IMG/VR virus record: IMGVR_UViG_3300026546_000001
Coordinates: 1-64,000 of that record
Direction: 5' to 3' (one strand)
Length of the DNA: 64,000 nucleotides
DNA from: a virus
Taxonomy: Duplodnaviria; Caudoviricetes
Shown here: positions 20,160-31,955 of the stretch, in pieces
Numbering within the stretch: the stretch's first letter is position 1
How the letters are laid out: every line of letters starts with the position of its first letter
The notes under the pieces: generated by a model
What the model saw: the letters and a program-made list of their open reading frames with translations, nothing else
Databases searched by the model: none
Told to the model about the DNA's origin: nothing
Made by a program: the position numbers and the translations under genes

Positions 20160-23100
20160 TTATAATGGTCTTCTATTTATTCGTTTTATTGGTTTAAAAA
20201 ATAATGAATTTAATTTTTTAATTACATTTCTGCTATTTTTTCCAACATTTACGTCATTAGTATTTGGTTTATTTATAACTGGTGTTTTCTTACGTAAAAT
20301 ATCAACTGGTTTAGTGTGTATTGTAGATATACGTTCGTCTCTCATTAATTTTTCAGTATCATTTTTATATACATCTAAACGTTTACGTATTTTACTATAT
20401 AAATCAATTTTATTTATAGTATTACTTTGTTTTGTGACATTTTCGTGTTTTATATGTTTCACAATTCCTATTTTTGATTTAATTATATCTCTAAACCCAT
20501 GTTTTCTATCAATTGGACGTTTACGCTTTATTATTGGACGTTTACGTCTAAAAAATGTTTTAGGTAATTTTTTTATTTTTGGAATTGGCGGATCTAATAC
20601 CGGCGGTGGAGCTGGTATAATTGGTTTTTCATCTGGCTCAGGTTCAGGTATAACTGGTGGAACAACAACTTCTTCTTCCAATGGTGGATCAACTGGATCA
20701 GGTTGTACAACTGGAGATTCTGGTTGAGGTGGAATTTCATCAACATAAACTCTATTACTAGGTGTTGTATCCATAATTTTAATTTTACTAGTTTTCCTAG
20801 TTATACTACTTGGTGGTAATTCAACTTCATATCTATCATCACTAATACCACGAATATTAACAGATGAAACATACCATTCAATATTTGATCCATCTTGAAC
20901 TATATTTGTATTACTAGTAAATAACGATATAATATCAGATCTATGTGATTCTGTTATTGTTGTTATATAATCAGTTCCAGTATTTACAACTGATGTAATT
21001 TCAGCTACTATATCTTTAACTTCAAATACAGGTTTACTTTTATCATATATTAATGAACCTAATTGTTCATCAAACGTCCAATAACCAATTAATGATTTAA
21101 ATGGATTTAAATATGATGTTGGTGTTAATAATAAATCATAATTTTGATAAATTTCATGTTCATTTCTAGCATAATTCCAAATACGTAATTCATCAATATA
21201 ACCTTCAAAATTAACAATTCCATTATTATTATCACTTCCAATATTTATATTCCAATCTTTTTGATCTACTATAGTTTCAGGATCAATTATAATATTAGTT
21301 AAATTAATATTTTCAATAATATTATCTTTTTCTCCATCAACATATATTATCTTTTGATGATTTTTAGAATCAAATACACATGCAATATGATGCCACAATC
21401 CATCATTAAATTCAAAATCACTAACTATACTATTTACATAAATTGGTGTTGTGTTTATATTTATATTAGTAATATCATTTGGATTTGTTAAAATATATGA
21501 TCTAGTAACAAATTCTATTTTATTAGTCTTTTTATATCTTCTAATAATCCATGAATAAGCTGTATAATCATCAAGAGATCCCTTATGTAATATTGTTTGA
21601 TTTTCAATCGAAAATTCTGTAACATTTATCCACATTTCAATTGTAATATCTTTAATTGCTTTATTTGAAAAATTAGTTTTATTACTATTTTCTCCAAAAT
21701 ATTTTAAATATCCTATTTTTGAATATTCAACTATTGATGTATTTGGTAATGCAATAATTTTACTTGATGTATCTTCAATTGTATTATGATAACTTTCAAT
21801 TGAAAAATTATATTCATATCCATAATATTGTGATATAATGTCATATTTAATATTTTGTTCATTTAAACTAATATTTGATATCGTATAATATGGCTCTAAT
21901 TGTTTTTTCATACTTAGTTCAAAATCTTCAATATTAAACGATTTAACATCTTCAATTATATACGTAATTTGAATAACACCTTTAGTTTTTGAAATAACAT
22001 CAAACATTATATCATTATCTGATATATTTGAATTTAATGTTGTTTTAGGATAATTATTTAATAATTGAATTTTTCTTAAAGAATATAAATCGCCGTTTGT
22101 ATTAGTTTCAGATATAAATTTAGATTGAACATATTTAACACTCGAATATGTTAAAACAGCAATTTGATCTTTATTTCTATTAAATGCTAACACAACTCCA
22201 TCTAAATCAGAAAAAATATAATTATATTGACTATCATTATTAAGATCATAATATTTAATAATACTAGTATTTTCTAAATTCAATAATGAGAATTTAATTG
22301 AATTGTTAAAATCTAAGTTAAATAATTTAAGTTCACCTTTAATTTTACTTGGATTTGTAATTTTAAATGTAAAATCTTTAATATACATAGTATTTACATT
22401 ATTGACATTGTATGATTTACCATTTGATAATTCATATCCATTAAAGTAATTTAATAATAACATTGGTCTAACATACATTGGTTTACCATATGTAACATAA
22501 TTTGGAACTGTATATGTTTCAGTATATCTTGAATAATTAGTACTACTTGGATTTACATCACTTGCAACAAAATAAACATGTCCATTATTATATCCAACGT
22601 CACCTGATAAATTATGATCTGCAGATGTATTACCAGTATAATTTTCTCCATACAATCTAATACCACAGAAAAAACTTTGTCCAACTTGTGCCGCAATACC
22701 ATCATCTTCTAAAAATGATTTAACTGCTACTGACATAGTTATTCTTTGTCCTGGAAAAACTCTTATATTTGTATTATATTCAAAATAACTATATCCAGCA
22801 TGAGAATATTCAAGAGCATTTTCTTCTTTATTATAAGTTAATGATCCACTTCCATATCTACCTCTTGTCCAATTTGATGGAATTAAAGATGCATCATTTA
22901 AAACATTCATAATATCTAATTCGCTTAAATCATCAGGTGTATTTATTTGAAAATGAGATATTCTACCAATTAAACTTTGTGATGGATTATATCCACCCCA
23001 ATCAGAATCTTGTTCTTGTGCAATTGTACCTGAAGTTATTTCTAATTCAGTATCATTATAAATATCTTGATGCACAGAAATTCCATTTAATGTATATGAA

Positions 23101-26100
23101 ACAATATTATTAACGCGTTCTAAAATAAATGTATATGTTTTATGTAATTCAATATTGTCATGATTCATTATTTTTTCATATTTTGCAATTCCAACATGAA
23201 TTTTTTTATCATCTGTTTTAATATACATTAATATTTCATTATCTCTGTTTTTATTAGTATTAGAAAAACTATAAATAGTATTTATACCACTATTAAATGA
23301 ATCTAATTGAAACGTAACTTCAATTCTAAAATCAGTTAAAATTCCAGGAGATGGATTTAATTTAATTCTTGATGATATATCACCATTAAAAATCATCCAA
23401 CCATTATTAAATACAATATTTGCATGACCTTTATAAATATTACCTTCATGTTTTATATGATTTGAAGTAGATGCATATATTAATCCATCATAATTAAAAT
23501 CAACTATTATTGGTTTAGTTACTTCTTCTGTATATTCATATTTTTCAGGTACAACATTAAATTTAATATCATCTTCAATTACTAATTTAGAATCAGTACC
23601 ATTAAAAAATACACAATATCCCGATTTATCTGGATATTTATTGACTGGCATTTGTAATAATCTAGATTGTATATAAAAGTTTTTATCCCATGTTGATTGA
23701 AAAATATAACGTTGATTTACATCATATCCATATTCGTCAACCATTGGATAAATACTTCTTTTATCTGCATCATTTAATTTACTTAATTTTAATATATTTC
23801 CATTTAAATTACATTTTGAATATACTATTTCATTTATATAACCAAAATTAGTTAAAACTGGCCCAGTTTCTTTGTTATCTGAATAATCATCATAAAATTT
23901 CCAATTTTTAAATAATAATGTTGGAATATAATCATTAGTTTTATCGAGAGACCAGTGATTTAGCGGTCTAAATAATTGTAAATCATTAAATATTGGTACA
24001 TATATACCACTATGACGATATATTTTAGGATCAACTATTTCATTTAAATCATATATATTTCTTTTATCAATTGATTCAGACATATTAAATATTCTAGCAA
24101 TTGGATAACCATCCCATGCATTTATGTCAGTTATACTATTAACTAATGCTCCTTTTGATGTATGTAATGGATCGCCAGTTGGATTATTAGGATCATCATC
24201 AATAATAATTCTATTTTTAATACTATTATTAATAAATAATGAATTTTCATGAAACATTTCAACTTTATATGATTTATCTTTAATTAAAAATTCTTTAGGT
24301 AATTCAAAATCAAGTATAAAATCAGTATTCGTTGTATTATAATATTTTGTTGTTCCATCTTCATAAATATGAATATATTGAATTGGTTTTCTACCAGAAC
24401 CATTTATAGGATCATAATTATAATCATTTAAAATTGTTAAAAAATCTAGCAATCTTAAATCTCTAATTCGTATATCACCAATTTGTTGCGTGTCATTTAT
24501 TTTTATCTTTCCTAATTCCCAATAATTTATATTAGTGTTTTCATCTATTATTGTATCTGCATCATATAATTCATCAATTATTGCTGTTTCTAAATTTTTT
24601 AAAACATATGGTACGTAACCAAGAGATTTTAATTCTTCAGGTGTTTTATTTGTTGGTGGTGGATTATCATAATTGTAAGCAAATAATGTACTATTTTCAT
24701 TATATGCTTTAAATGTGACAGGTAAATCTGTTTCAAAATATAAATGAACTAAAACATTTTTATATTTATCATTTAAATAAATATCAATTCCAAAATCTCC
24801 ATCATTATCTCCTGCATTATTTTCAAATATTGATAATTTTCTACCTAATACAATTGAAAATTTATAATCATTATATTTTGATGATGTTGATTTAACATAA
24901 TCATCAACTATTTTTAAATTTTCAGTTAAAAATTCTTCATTAAAAATTGTTTCTTTTACATCATATAAATAATATTTAATACCTTTAAACACAGTATTTG
25001 GAACATTAATATTATCACCGTTTGAAAATAAACTATATTTTTTAGTTAATAATAAACCATTTGTTGTTAATACATCAGTATTAAATATCCAATTAAAATA
25101 ATCAAATTCTCCTTTAACATATTTATCAATATTAAAAAATTCTTCATTTAAATGCAATGAATAATATTTATAATTTTCAGGTAAATCAGTAACACCAAAT
25201 CGATAAAAATAATCTAAATCTTTATATTGTCGTACTGCATATGGAATATTTGTTATTGCATTAGAATCCATGTTATATAATCCGCCAGTATCTAAATCAT
25301 AATTTAATCGGTATGGATAATCTGCATGACTAATACTATTTAATATTCCCCATTTACAAACATATTGATTTTTATTTAAAATTGGAGAAATGCTTGTATT
25401 GTTATTTCGTATTTCAAATAATTCTTCAGATGTAACATATTCACTTGAAACAGGTACATAATTTAAATCTAATGTTTCATTTGGATCTTTTACACTTTTT
25501 GAATATGGTGCCCATTCCATCGTATATGCCATTGGATATGCATTTGTTCTATAATCAACATTTGTTGGATCGTCCCATGGTAATTTGATTTTTATTTCAG
25601 TTGGTTCTGAATTACTTAAAAAATCAATATATTTATCTTGTTCATTTTCATTATCACTTTGTAATAAAATATAACCTTCTTCTCGATACCATTCTCTATT
25701 AAGATCAATTTTTTTAATATCTGGTTTACTAAATGAAGTATAAACATAATTACCATTATAATCTTTTTCCCATAATGGATTTCCTGTTTCTGAATCTATT
25801 AATTGTTCACCTGATTCATCTAACACAGGTATTCTAGTCGGATTTATATAAAGAGGTAATTTTTTTTGATATTCTTTAATTGTTAAAGAAATTGAATTTT
25901 GTTCATTTGGATCATTATAATAATAATTTCCAATTCTAAATGCATATGAATTTATAATATTACTCCATTTAAAATCAATATATTTTTCATATGTATCAAA
26001 ATATATTTTATTATATAATTCAGTAATTTCATCTTTTTTATAAATAGTTCCATCATCTTCATATTGTCTCATCCATTCAGTATATGAATGTGGATCGCTC

Positions 26101-27983
26101 AATAAAAAATCTTTAAGACCACTATTTGTAAAATTATTTACATTTAGTTCTTTAGGTTTTTCAAGTTTTATTGTATTTTTTCTACGATCTTTACCATATA
26201 ATTTTGGTTCTAATGATTCAGTTAATACATCTTCTTTTTCATATTCATAATTAGTATATTTAGTTTCAATTCTATCAAAATCAAAATCTTTAACATCTAA
26301 AAAACTAGCTCTACTAATACTATATGTTATTGGATAATCATTTATTATAACTCTTTCAATATTTTTAAAATGATAAAATTCAGGATCTTTAGTATTTATT
26401 CCATTATTAATCCATATTTCTTCACTTTTCTTATTTATTTTAATAGCTTCGTCTGATAAAATATAATATTTACTACCTATATTTGGTATTGTATCTGGAT
26501 AACGTTTAATAACATATTTTTTATTATTAATTTCAATCCAAACTAAATCAACATCATCAAAATGTTCAATATCAAATAAATTATTATTTAATTCTCCTTC
26601 TAATGTAATTGTAAAACCCCAAATTAATTGCCCATGTACAATATATTGTTGAAAATTTCGTTTAAATGTTATAAACATTGTATTTGTGTATTCAATAATA
26701 TTATGTCCTACTATATTATCAAATATTACATTATCAATTATTTCTATTTGATGCTTTAAAGTATTTAATTCATTTATTAACACTTTTTTATATTGATCTT
26801 GTAATTGAGTATTCGTAATATCAGGTGGAACACTATGTTCTATATTTATTGGCGCAATTACTTTATACGCATACTTACCAATTATTAAATCATCGTCATT
26901 TAATGTTCTTTCTAATCTATAAAATTCTCCATTCCATTCAATAAAATATTGTTTTCCTTCTTGCCATCCACCTAAAATTGGATCAAATGTAAATCTTCTT
27001 AAACCTATATCTTGAACAAACGTATTATTATATAAATATGGAATTTCATTAACTTCTTCAGGCGTTAATTGTTGTAATTTTTCAATTGGAATTTTATTAA
27101 GTGTAAATGGTTGATATGGAGAAACTTTTTTAATTTCTTCAACTTCATCAATATAAAAACCAACATACCTATTTAAAGACCATTTTTTAAGTGTTTCAGG
27201 TGTTGCTGGTGTATCATCAAATAAAAATTTAAAATTATAAATAAATGGAAATATTAATCCTAAATCTTTCCATTGATTTGTAAAATATTCTTCAGAATGA
27301 AATATAGGAGTGTTTAATTTATACTTATTTTCTAAATGTATTGATTTTGATACATAACCAGATTTTTCATAATCAATACCATAAAACTTACTTAATCTTA
27401 AATCTTCAAAATGTACTTCCATTGCATTATTAGGAAATAATTCATGATTCATTTGTGTTCTTATATATTTACCAATATCTGATTTATCAGTTAAATCAAA
27501 ATATGACACAATTTTCCATTTATTTAAAATATCAGATCTAAAACTTGTTGGATTATTATTATCAGTTAATCCAGATCCATCAACTCTAAATATTATAAAT
27601 GATTCTGGTAATTTATCTTTTTTAAGCCAAATTGGAGCAATATATTCATATTCTTCTTCATAATATGTATCTTCAGTCCATGATGCGCCTGAATAATAAG
27701 TATCATCAAATTGATTAACAAAATCATCATACATGATATTATCATCATTTAATGTTTTACTATAAAATGCTGTTTCTGCTGGCACACCAGTATAAAACGC
27801 TGGTATTTCTTCAAATAACCAATTATCCTTATTAATTTTAAAATGTTTAAAACGTTCTTCAGATAAAGTTCTATTAACTGAATAACTTTCTAAATAGATA
27901 TCATTATTTTGTGTAATTACAAGCTTAACATTTGTTGTTAATGCAGGATTTGTTCTAATTAAATAAAAACTTTTTTCAATCAT
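20160..27983 (-). CDS. Giant (2607 aa) virion/baseplate protein with LamG-like domains and a Pro-rich then highly basic C-terminus
   Basis: ITIEMWIN...DGLWHHIACVFD...IYVDG...FEGYIDELRIWNYAR...GYWTFDE LamG signature; second LamG-like region (IAQEQDSDWGG); PEPEP/PAPPP segment; RRKRPIIKRKRP tail. Confidence 0.8.
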   Translation of the reverse strand: MIEKSFYLIRTNPALTTNVKLVITQNNDIYLESYSVNRTLSEERFKHFKINKDNWLFEEIPAFYTGVPAETAFYSKTLNDDNIMYDDFVNQFDDTYYSGASWTEDTYYEEEYEYIAPIWLKKDKLPESFIIFRVDGSGLTDNNNPTSFRSDILNKWKIVSYFDLTDKSDIGKYIRTQMNHELFPNNAMEVHFEDLRLSKFYGIDYEKSGYVSKSIHLENKYKLNTPIFHSEEYFTNQWKDLGLIFPFIYNFKFLFDDTPATPETLKKWSLNRYVGFYIDEVEEIKKVSPYQPFTLNKIPIEKLQQLTPEEVNEIPYLYNNTFVQDIGLRRFTFDPILGGWQEGKQYFIEWNGEFYRLERTLNDDDLIIGKYAYKVIAPINIEHSVPPDITNTQLQDQYKKVLINELNTLKHQIEIIDNVIFDNIVGHNIIEYTNTMFITFKRNFQQYIVHGQLIWGFTITLEGELNNNLFDIEHFDDVDLVWIEINNKKYVIKRYPDTIPNIGSKYYILSDEAIKINKKSEEIWINNGINTKDPEFYHFKNIERVIINDYPITYSISRASFLDVKDFDFDRIETKYTNYEYEKEDVLTESLEPKLYGKDRRKNTIKLEKPKELNVNNFTNSGLKDFLLSDPHSYTEWMRQYEDDGTIYKKDEITELYNKIYFDTYEKYIDFKWSNIINSYAFRIGNYYYNDPNEQNSISLTIKEYQKKLPLYINPTRIPVLDESGEQLIDSETGNPLWEKDYNGNYVYTSFSKPDIKKIDLNREWYREEGYILLQSDNENEQDKYIDFLSNSEPTEIKIKLPWDDPTNVDYRTNAYPMAYTMEWAPYSKSVKDPNETLDLNYVPVSSEYVTSEELFEIRNNNTSISPILNKNQYVCKWGILNSISHADYPYRLNYDLDTGGLYNMDSNAITNIPYAVRQYKDLDYFYRFGVTDLPENYKYYSLHLNEEFFNIDKYVKGEFDYFNWIFNTDVLTTNGLLLTKKYSLFSNGDNINVPNTVFKGIKYYLYDVKETIFNEEFLTENLKIVDDYVKSTSSKYNDYKFSIVLGRKLSIFENNAGDNDGDFGIDIYLNDKYKNVLVHLYFETDLPVTFKAYNENSTLFAYNYDNPPPTNKTPEELKSLGYVPYVLKNLETAIIDELYDADTIIDENTNINYWELGKIKINDTQQIGDIRIRDLRLLDFLTILNDYNYDPINGSGRKPIQYIHIYEDGTTKYYNTTNTDFILDFELPKEFLIKDKSYKVEMFHENSLFINNSIKNRIIIDDDPNNPTGDPLHTSKGALVNSITDINAWDGYPIARIFNMSESIDKRNIYDLNEIVDPKIYRHSGIYVPIFNDLQLFRPLNHWSLDKTNDYIPTLLFKNWKFYDDYSDNKETGPVLTNFGYINEIVYSKCNLNGNILKLSKLNDADKRSIYPMVDEYGYDVNQRYIFQSTWDKNFYIQSRLLQMPVNKYPDKSGYCVFFNGTDSKLVIEDDIKFNVVPEKYEYTEEVTKPIIVDFNYDGLIYASTSNHIKHEGNIYKGHANIVFNNGWMIFNGDISSRIKLNPSPGILTDFRIEVTFQLDSFNSGINTIYSFSNTNKNRDNEILMYIKTDDKKIHVGIAKYEKIMNHDNIELHKTYTFILERVNNIVSYTLNGISVHQDIYNDTELEITSGTIAQEQDSDWGGYNPSQSLIGRISHFQINTPDDLSELDIMNVLNDASLIPSNWTRGRYGSGSLTYNKEENALEYSHAGYSYFEYNTNIRVFPGQRITMSVAVKSFLEDDGIAAQVGQSFFCGIRLYGENYTGNTSADHNLSGDVGYNNGHVYFVASDVNPSSTNYSRYTETYTVPNYVTYGKPMYVRPMLLLNYFNGYELSNGKSYNVNNVNTMYIKDFTFKITNPSKIKGELKLFNLDFNNSIKFSLLNLENTSIIKYYDLNNDSQYNYIFSDLDGVVLAFNRNKDQIAVLTYSSVKYVQSKFISETNTNGDLYSLRKIQLLNNYPKTTLNSNISDNDIMFDVISKTKGVIQITYIIEDVKSFNIEDFELSMKKQLEPYYTISNISLNEQNIKYDIISQYYGYEYNFSIESYHNTIEDTSSKIIALPNTSIVEYSKIGYLKYFGENSNKTNFSNKAIKDITIEMWINVTEFSIENQTILHKGSLDDYTAYSWIIRRYKKTNKIEFVTRSYILTNPNDITNININTTPIYVNSIVSDFEFNDGLWHHIACVFDSKNHQKIIYVDGEKDNIIENINLTNIIIDPETIVDQKDWNINIGSDNNNGIVNFEGYIDELRIWNYARNEHEIYQNYDLLLTPTSYLNPFKSLIGYWTFDEQLGSLIYDKSKPVFEVKDIVAEITSVVNTGTDYITTITESHRSDIISLFTSNTNIVQDGSNIEWYVSSVNIRGISDDRYEVELPPSSITRKTSKIKIMDTTPSNRVYVDEIPPQPESPVVQPDPVDPPLEEEVVVPPVIPEPEPDEKPIIPAPPPVLDPPIPKIKKLPKTFFRRKRPIIKRKRPIDRKHGFRDIIKSKIGIVKHIKHENVTKQSNTINKIDLYSKIRKRLDVYKNDTEKLMRDERISTIHTKPVDILRKKTPVINKPNTNDVNVGKNSRNVIKKLNSLFFKPIKRINRRPL

Positions 27984-28048
27984 TATATTTTAGTATAAAT
28001 ACATATTTGTATTATATATTATAATTAATAATATAATGATTAATTCTA

Positions 28049-28633
28049 TTAATTCATAGCATAATTTGAAGGATAATTTATAAAAATTTTATACCTATTT
28101 CCAAGTTTTAATGTTAAAAATTCCCACAATTCTTCAGGATGTATTTTAAAAATACTTTCAATATTTGTTGGTTTATATACAGCCCATGAATCATGGTATA
28201 TTTCTTGTAATAATTGATCTGGACCCCATACAGCATTACCAATTATAGATTTAAATTTTTTATCACATAAATCATTTATAATATTTAAATTTGATGAGTA
28301 ATATAAATTTTGTGTTATTTTATTACTTTCTTGAATAAGTTCATCATTAAAATATAAAATATAAGATTTATTTAAATTAACTGGTCCACCATAGAAAATT
28401 TTAAAATTACGACAATTTAAATCATCATAAATTGTGACAGGATTTATATTAGTAATTTTATTTAAAATAAATCCAGTTGTTCCAAATTCATCATGTTCAG
28501 TAATTAATACAACTGATTTATAAAACATACCATATACATTTATTGGATTTGATATTAATACATCTCCAACATTAATTTCAGTCGTATTATTAAATTTATA
28601 TAACAAATTAAAATTTAAATATATGTCATCCAT
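28049..28633 (-). CDS. yqgE: YqgE/AlgH family protein (DUF179)
   Basis: FYKSVVLITEHDEFGTTGFILNK, FYGGPV, GNAVWGPDQLLQEI..DSW, ELW. Confidence 0.85.
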   Translation of the reverse strand: MDDIYLNFNLLYKFNNTTEINVGDVLISNPINVYGMFYKSVVLITEHDEFGTTGFILNKITNINPVTIYDDLNCRNFKIFYGGPVNLNKSYILYFNDELIQESNKITQNLYYSSNLNIINDLCDKKFKSIIGNAVWGPDQLLQEIYHDSWAVYKPTNIESIFKIHPEELWEFLTLKLGNRYKIFINYPSNYAMN

Positions 28634-31385
28634 TTTGTTGCAATCTAGATAATTGTAATATTGTATCTGTTTGTAATGTTTCTTCTTGTTGTAATGGCTT
28701 ATTACTAACTCTATAATTAATTCCTTCTAAACTAACGAATCCTGTTGCACCAGTGACTAATCTAACTAATCCATTTGGATAAATATCAATTCTACCATAC
28801 ATTAAATCCATGTTATTTGTTAAACTTCTTCCCCATGGAAATGCATTATTACCAGTTTTTGTAACTTTATTTTCTCCAATACTTGTTGCAACTAAAAATG
28901 TTTTTATAGTATCTGGTCTATATTCAATTGGTAAATATCCAATATTTGCAAATTCTGTATTTAATGTTGGATTACCAGAACGAATAATTAAATCTGGATA
29001 ACGTTTAGAATAATCAAAATCATCTTCTTCATTATCAAACCTTTGTTCTAATCTTATTAATCCAGTTAAATATACTCTTGATTCATGTTTGTAATATGAT
29101 GCGTTTGAATAAGAACTTCCAAAATTAATCCATCCATTTTCAAGTTGTAAATCTTTATTTTCTTCAACATTTTCATTATTTTCAATTTGTGTTAATCTAT
29201 CTGACAATTTTACTATTCCACCATCAGTTACAACTCCAATGTTATCAGCGTTATGTGCATAAAAAACATTATTATCTGTAAATTGTCCAGCTAAGTGTGT
29301 GTCTAATCCTTTTTCATTTAAATCTTGATTAATTTGTAATCTAACACTATCAAATTTAGCTTGTTCAACTATTGTTGCTTCTCTATCTTTAGGTGGTATT
29401 AATTCAGTTGGAAATTGTATTACAATTGAATCAGACCAATCAGATTCAATGTTTATACTTGGCCAACCAACTTCTGAAATTCCTTTAACACGTATTTCAG
29501 CTTGAACATTTGGAACAATTGGAATATCTAATTGATTAATATTTAATACATTTGGATTTGTTAAATCTTCTGGATCCCACTCGTATTTACCAGTACTTAC
29601 ATTAAAACTTCTACTTCTAACTGGACTAATATATTGATACCAATTACTAAATGATGCATTTATTGTATTACCATTTTCATCTTTAATTGTAAATGATTCT
29701 GTTGCACTTTCTTGTCCAGACGTAGATAAATATCTAAATTGAACAACAAATTGAATAACTTCTTGAGGTCTTGTTAATCCATTTGAAACTGGTTCAGGTA
29801 TTGGCCAAAAACCTCTAATTCTAAATTCAGGTTTAATATTTGGCACTAATGCTTCTTCAGAAATTATTTGTGCAACAGTTGTTTCTAATAATTTTGAAAC
29901 ATTATTTGCTTGTTCAGTTAATTTTTTAATTTCATTTTCAACTTTTTGTTTATCTCCTGGATTTGTAAAATGTTTTTTAATTAATTCATTTTGTTTTTCA
30001 ACAATTGTTTTATTTAATTCTTCAAGTTCACTACTATATGAAGTAGATTGAGCATGTAAAGTTTTTAACCTATCAGTTGTATTTGTATTAGTAATATTTT
30101 TATTAACTTGAACAACTGTAAAATTATCAGCATTTAAAATAACATTATTAGGTTTAAGTGCAAATTCAGTTGGAATATCTTTTTCAGCTAAATCTTGTAA
30201 TAATTTTCCATAATCTTGAACTGTATTAATATAATAATCATTTAAACTTAATCCATTTTCTCCAGTTTTAGAATCACTTAATAATTTTAAGTCATTAGTA
30301 TAATAAGCAGTACCAAGAGACCATTGTCTAGCTAATAAATTATTAGTTGTATTGATTGGTTTTAAAAATACAACATTATATTCATTAAATCCAACTGATA
30401 TTTTTATCACATTATCTTGTTCAACACCTGAATAATATTTTAATCCAGCTTGAATACCAATTGGTATTGCTTCATAACCTTCAACTCTTTCTAAATTAAC
30501 TCTAATTTGAGTTGCGTCATGAGATATTTCAATTATTTTCCAACGTGTAGTTGCAAATTCACTATTTATAACAACTTGGTCATTTATTTTAAGTTGATAT
30601 TCTTCTTTAGTTTTTATTTTATAATATGTTATTGTATCAAATAAATACCACATTTTTCTATTAACACTATCTTCTTCAACTCCTAATATTGTAAATAATC
30701 CATCATATTCTAAGTTATTTGGATTTAAATCAAAATATTGTTCGTCATATATTACTTTTTCACCATTTGGTTTAACATATAAACCAGGTGTATTTAAAAT
30801 CCAATTTTCTAATTCTTCCTGTGTTATATCTGTTCGTCCTTTAAAATTTTCATTAAATAAATTTTCTGCAATAGAACCTTGTTCAGTTAAATTTCCAAAT
30901 TCATCACGTTCAAATTTAACAATATATCGTTTTGATAATACGCGTCTAGTATCTTCATCTATCATATTTGTTAAATCAAAATTAACTGCAATAATTGGAT
31001 TTAATAATGCATCAAAAAAGCTATTATTTATAGATGAAAATGTATCAACTGTATTTAATTTACCTAATGAATTAGGTTCTTTATTAATATTAGCTCTAAT
31101 TATTTTTTGATATACATTATTAGCTGGTGTTACTATAGATCCACGACTATCAACACCACTTAATGTTTTAATATTTTGATCTAATCGATTTAATTGAGCT
31201 TGTATATATCCAACAGTTGGTAAATTTACAGATTCAACTACATCATTATTATTAATAACATCTAATTGTATTGTTGAATCATTACTTGTAACAATTTTAT
31301 TTAATCCATTTAATAATTTTATATTGTTTTCATTTAACTTTACAACTTGTTCTTGTGTACTTATAAAAGACGATTTTACACTCAT
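28626..31385 (-). CDS. Virion structural protein (919 aa) with central coiled coil and C-terminal tail-fibre-type domain
   Basis: C-terminal LENGWINF...RVYLTGLI...IGYLPIEYRP...GRIDIYPNG...VSLEGINY is typical of phage receptor-binding C-terminal domains. Confidence 0.7.
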   Translation of the reverse strand: MSVKSSFISTQEQVVKLNENNIKLLNGLNKIVTSNDSTIQLDVINNNDVVESVNLPTVGYIQAQLNRLDQNIKTLSGVDSRGSIVTPANNVYQKIIRANINKEPNSLGKLNTVDTFSSINNSFFDALLNPIIAVNFDLTNMIDEDTRRVLSKRYIVKFERDEFGNLTEQGSIAENLFNENFKGRTDITQEELENWILNTPGLYVKPNGEKVIYDEQYFDLNPNNLEYDGLFTILGVEEDSVNRKMWYLFDTITYYKIKTKEEYQLKINDQVVINSEFATTRWKIIEISHDATQIRVNLERVEGYEAIPIGIQAGLKYYSGVEQDNVIKISVGFNEYNVVFLKPINTTNNLLARQWSLGTAYYTNDLKLLSDSKTGENGLSLNDYYINTVQDYGKLLQDLAEKDIPTEFALKPNNVILNADNFTVVQVNKNITNTNTTDRLKTLHAQSTSYSSELEELNKTIVEKQNELIKKHFTNPGDKQKVENEIKKLTEQANNVSKLLETTVAQIISEEALVPNIKPEFRIRGFWPIPEPVSNGLTRPQEVIQFVVQFRYLSTSGQESATESFTIKDENGNTINASFSNWYQYISPVRSRSFNVSTGKYEWDPEDLTNPNVLNINQLDIPIVPNVQAEIRVKGISEVGWPSINIESDWSDSIVIQFPTELIPPKDREATIVEQAKFDSVRLQINQDLNEKGLDTHLAGQFTDNNVFYAHNADNIGVVTDGGIVKLSDRLTQIENNENVEENKDLQLENGWINFGSSYSNASYYKHESRVYLTGLIRLEQRFDNEEDDFDYSKRYPDLIIRSGNPTLNTEFANIGYLPIEYRPDTIKTFLVATSIGENKVTKTGNNAFPWGRSLTNNMDLMYGRIDIYPNGLVRLVTGATGFVSLEGINYRVSNKPLQQEETLQTDTILQLSRLQQNG

Positions 31386-31462
31386 GTATTTTAATTAGTT
31401 TTTTTATATATTATTTTTAAGTATTTTAATTAAATATATAATAAAATATTATATCTATATTA

Positions 31463-31954
31463 ATGGATAATTTACAAGATTTTACTAATTTTGGTACATC
31501 ATTATACAGACAAATTTCAAATGATGAAATGAATGATACTAAAAATTTCACAATGGATGATTTTATAAATTTACCACATTTTGATGAACAAAATAATTGT
31601 TTACAATTAATTGCAGCATTAAAAAGTGATGATATAACTGAAATTAAAAAAATAAATGAAGAACCAATTATAATTAAAGAAATTGATCCAACACATGTAA
31701 CAATTAAATATGGTGATGTTGAAGTTAGTTTTGATAAATACGATCTTATTAAAAAATTAGAAGAAAAAGCGTCACTAATGGAATCAGTTAAAAACGAATC
31801 TGATAAAAAAGATATGAATTCATTTTTATCTAATTCCATCAAAAAATTTAAAGAATATTTTAAAATAAATAAAGTAGTTCAATTACAAAATTTAAAATCG
31901 TCAGACGAATATAAAAATGAACATGCAAAAGGCGACATATATAAAATACAATAA
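31463..31954 (+). CDS. Hypothetical protein
   Basis: ORF track; upstream AATATATA motif; internal IKKFKEYF motif. Confidence 0.7.
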   Translation: MDNLQDFTNFGTSLYRQISNDEMNDTKNFTMDDFINLPHFDEQNNCLQLIAALKSDDITEIKKINEEPIIIKEIDPTHVTIKYGDVEVSFDKYDLIKKLEEKASLMESVKNESDKKDMNSFLSNSIKKFKEYFKINKVVQLQNLKSSDEYKNEHAKGDIYKIQ

Positions 31955-31955
31955 T

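Noticed and set aside
31917-31955. Track start of the 148-aa ORF
   Set aside because: It overlaps the previous gene; ATG 31956 follows the stop directly and gives the shared MKHIKLFEE N-terminus.
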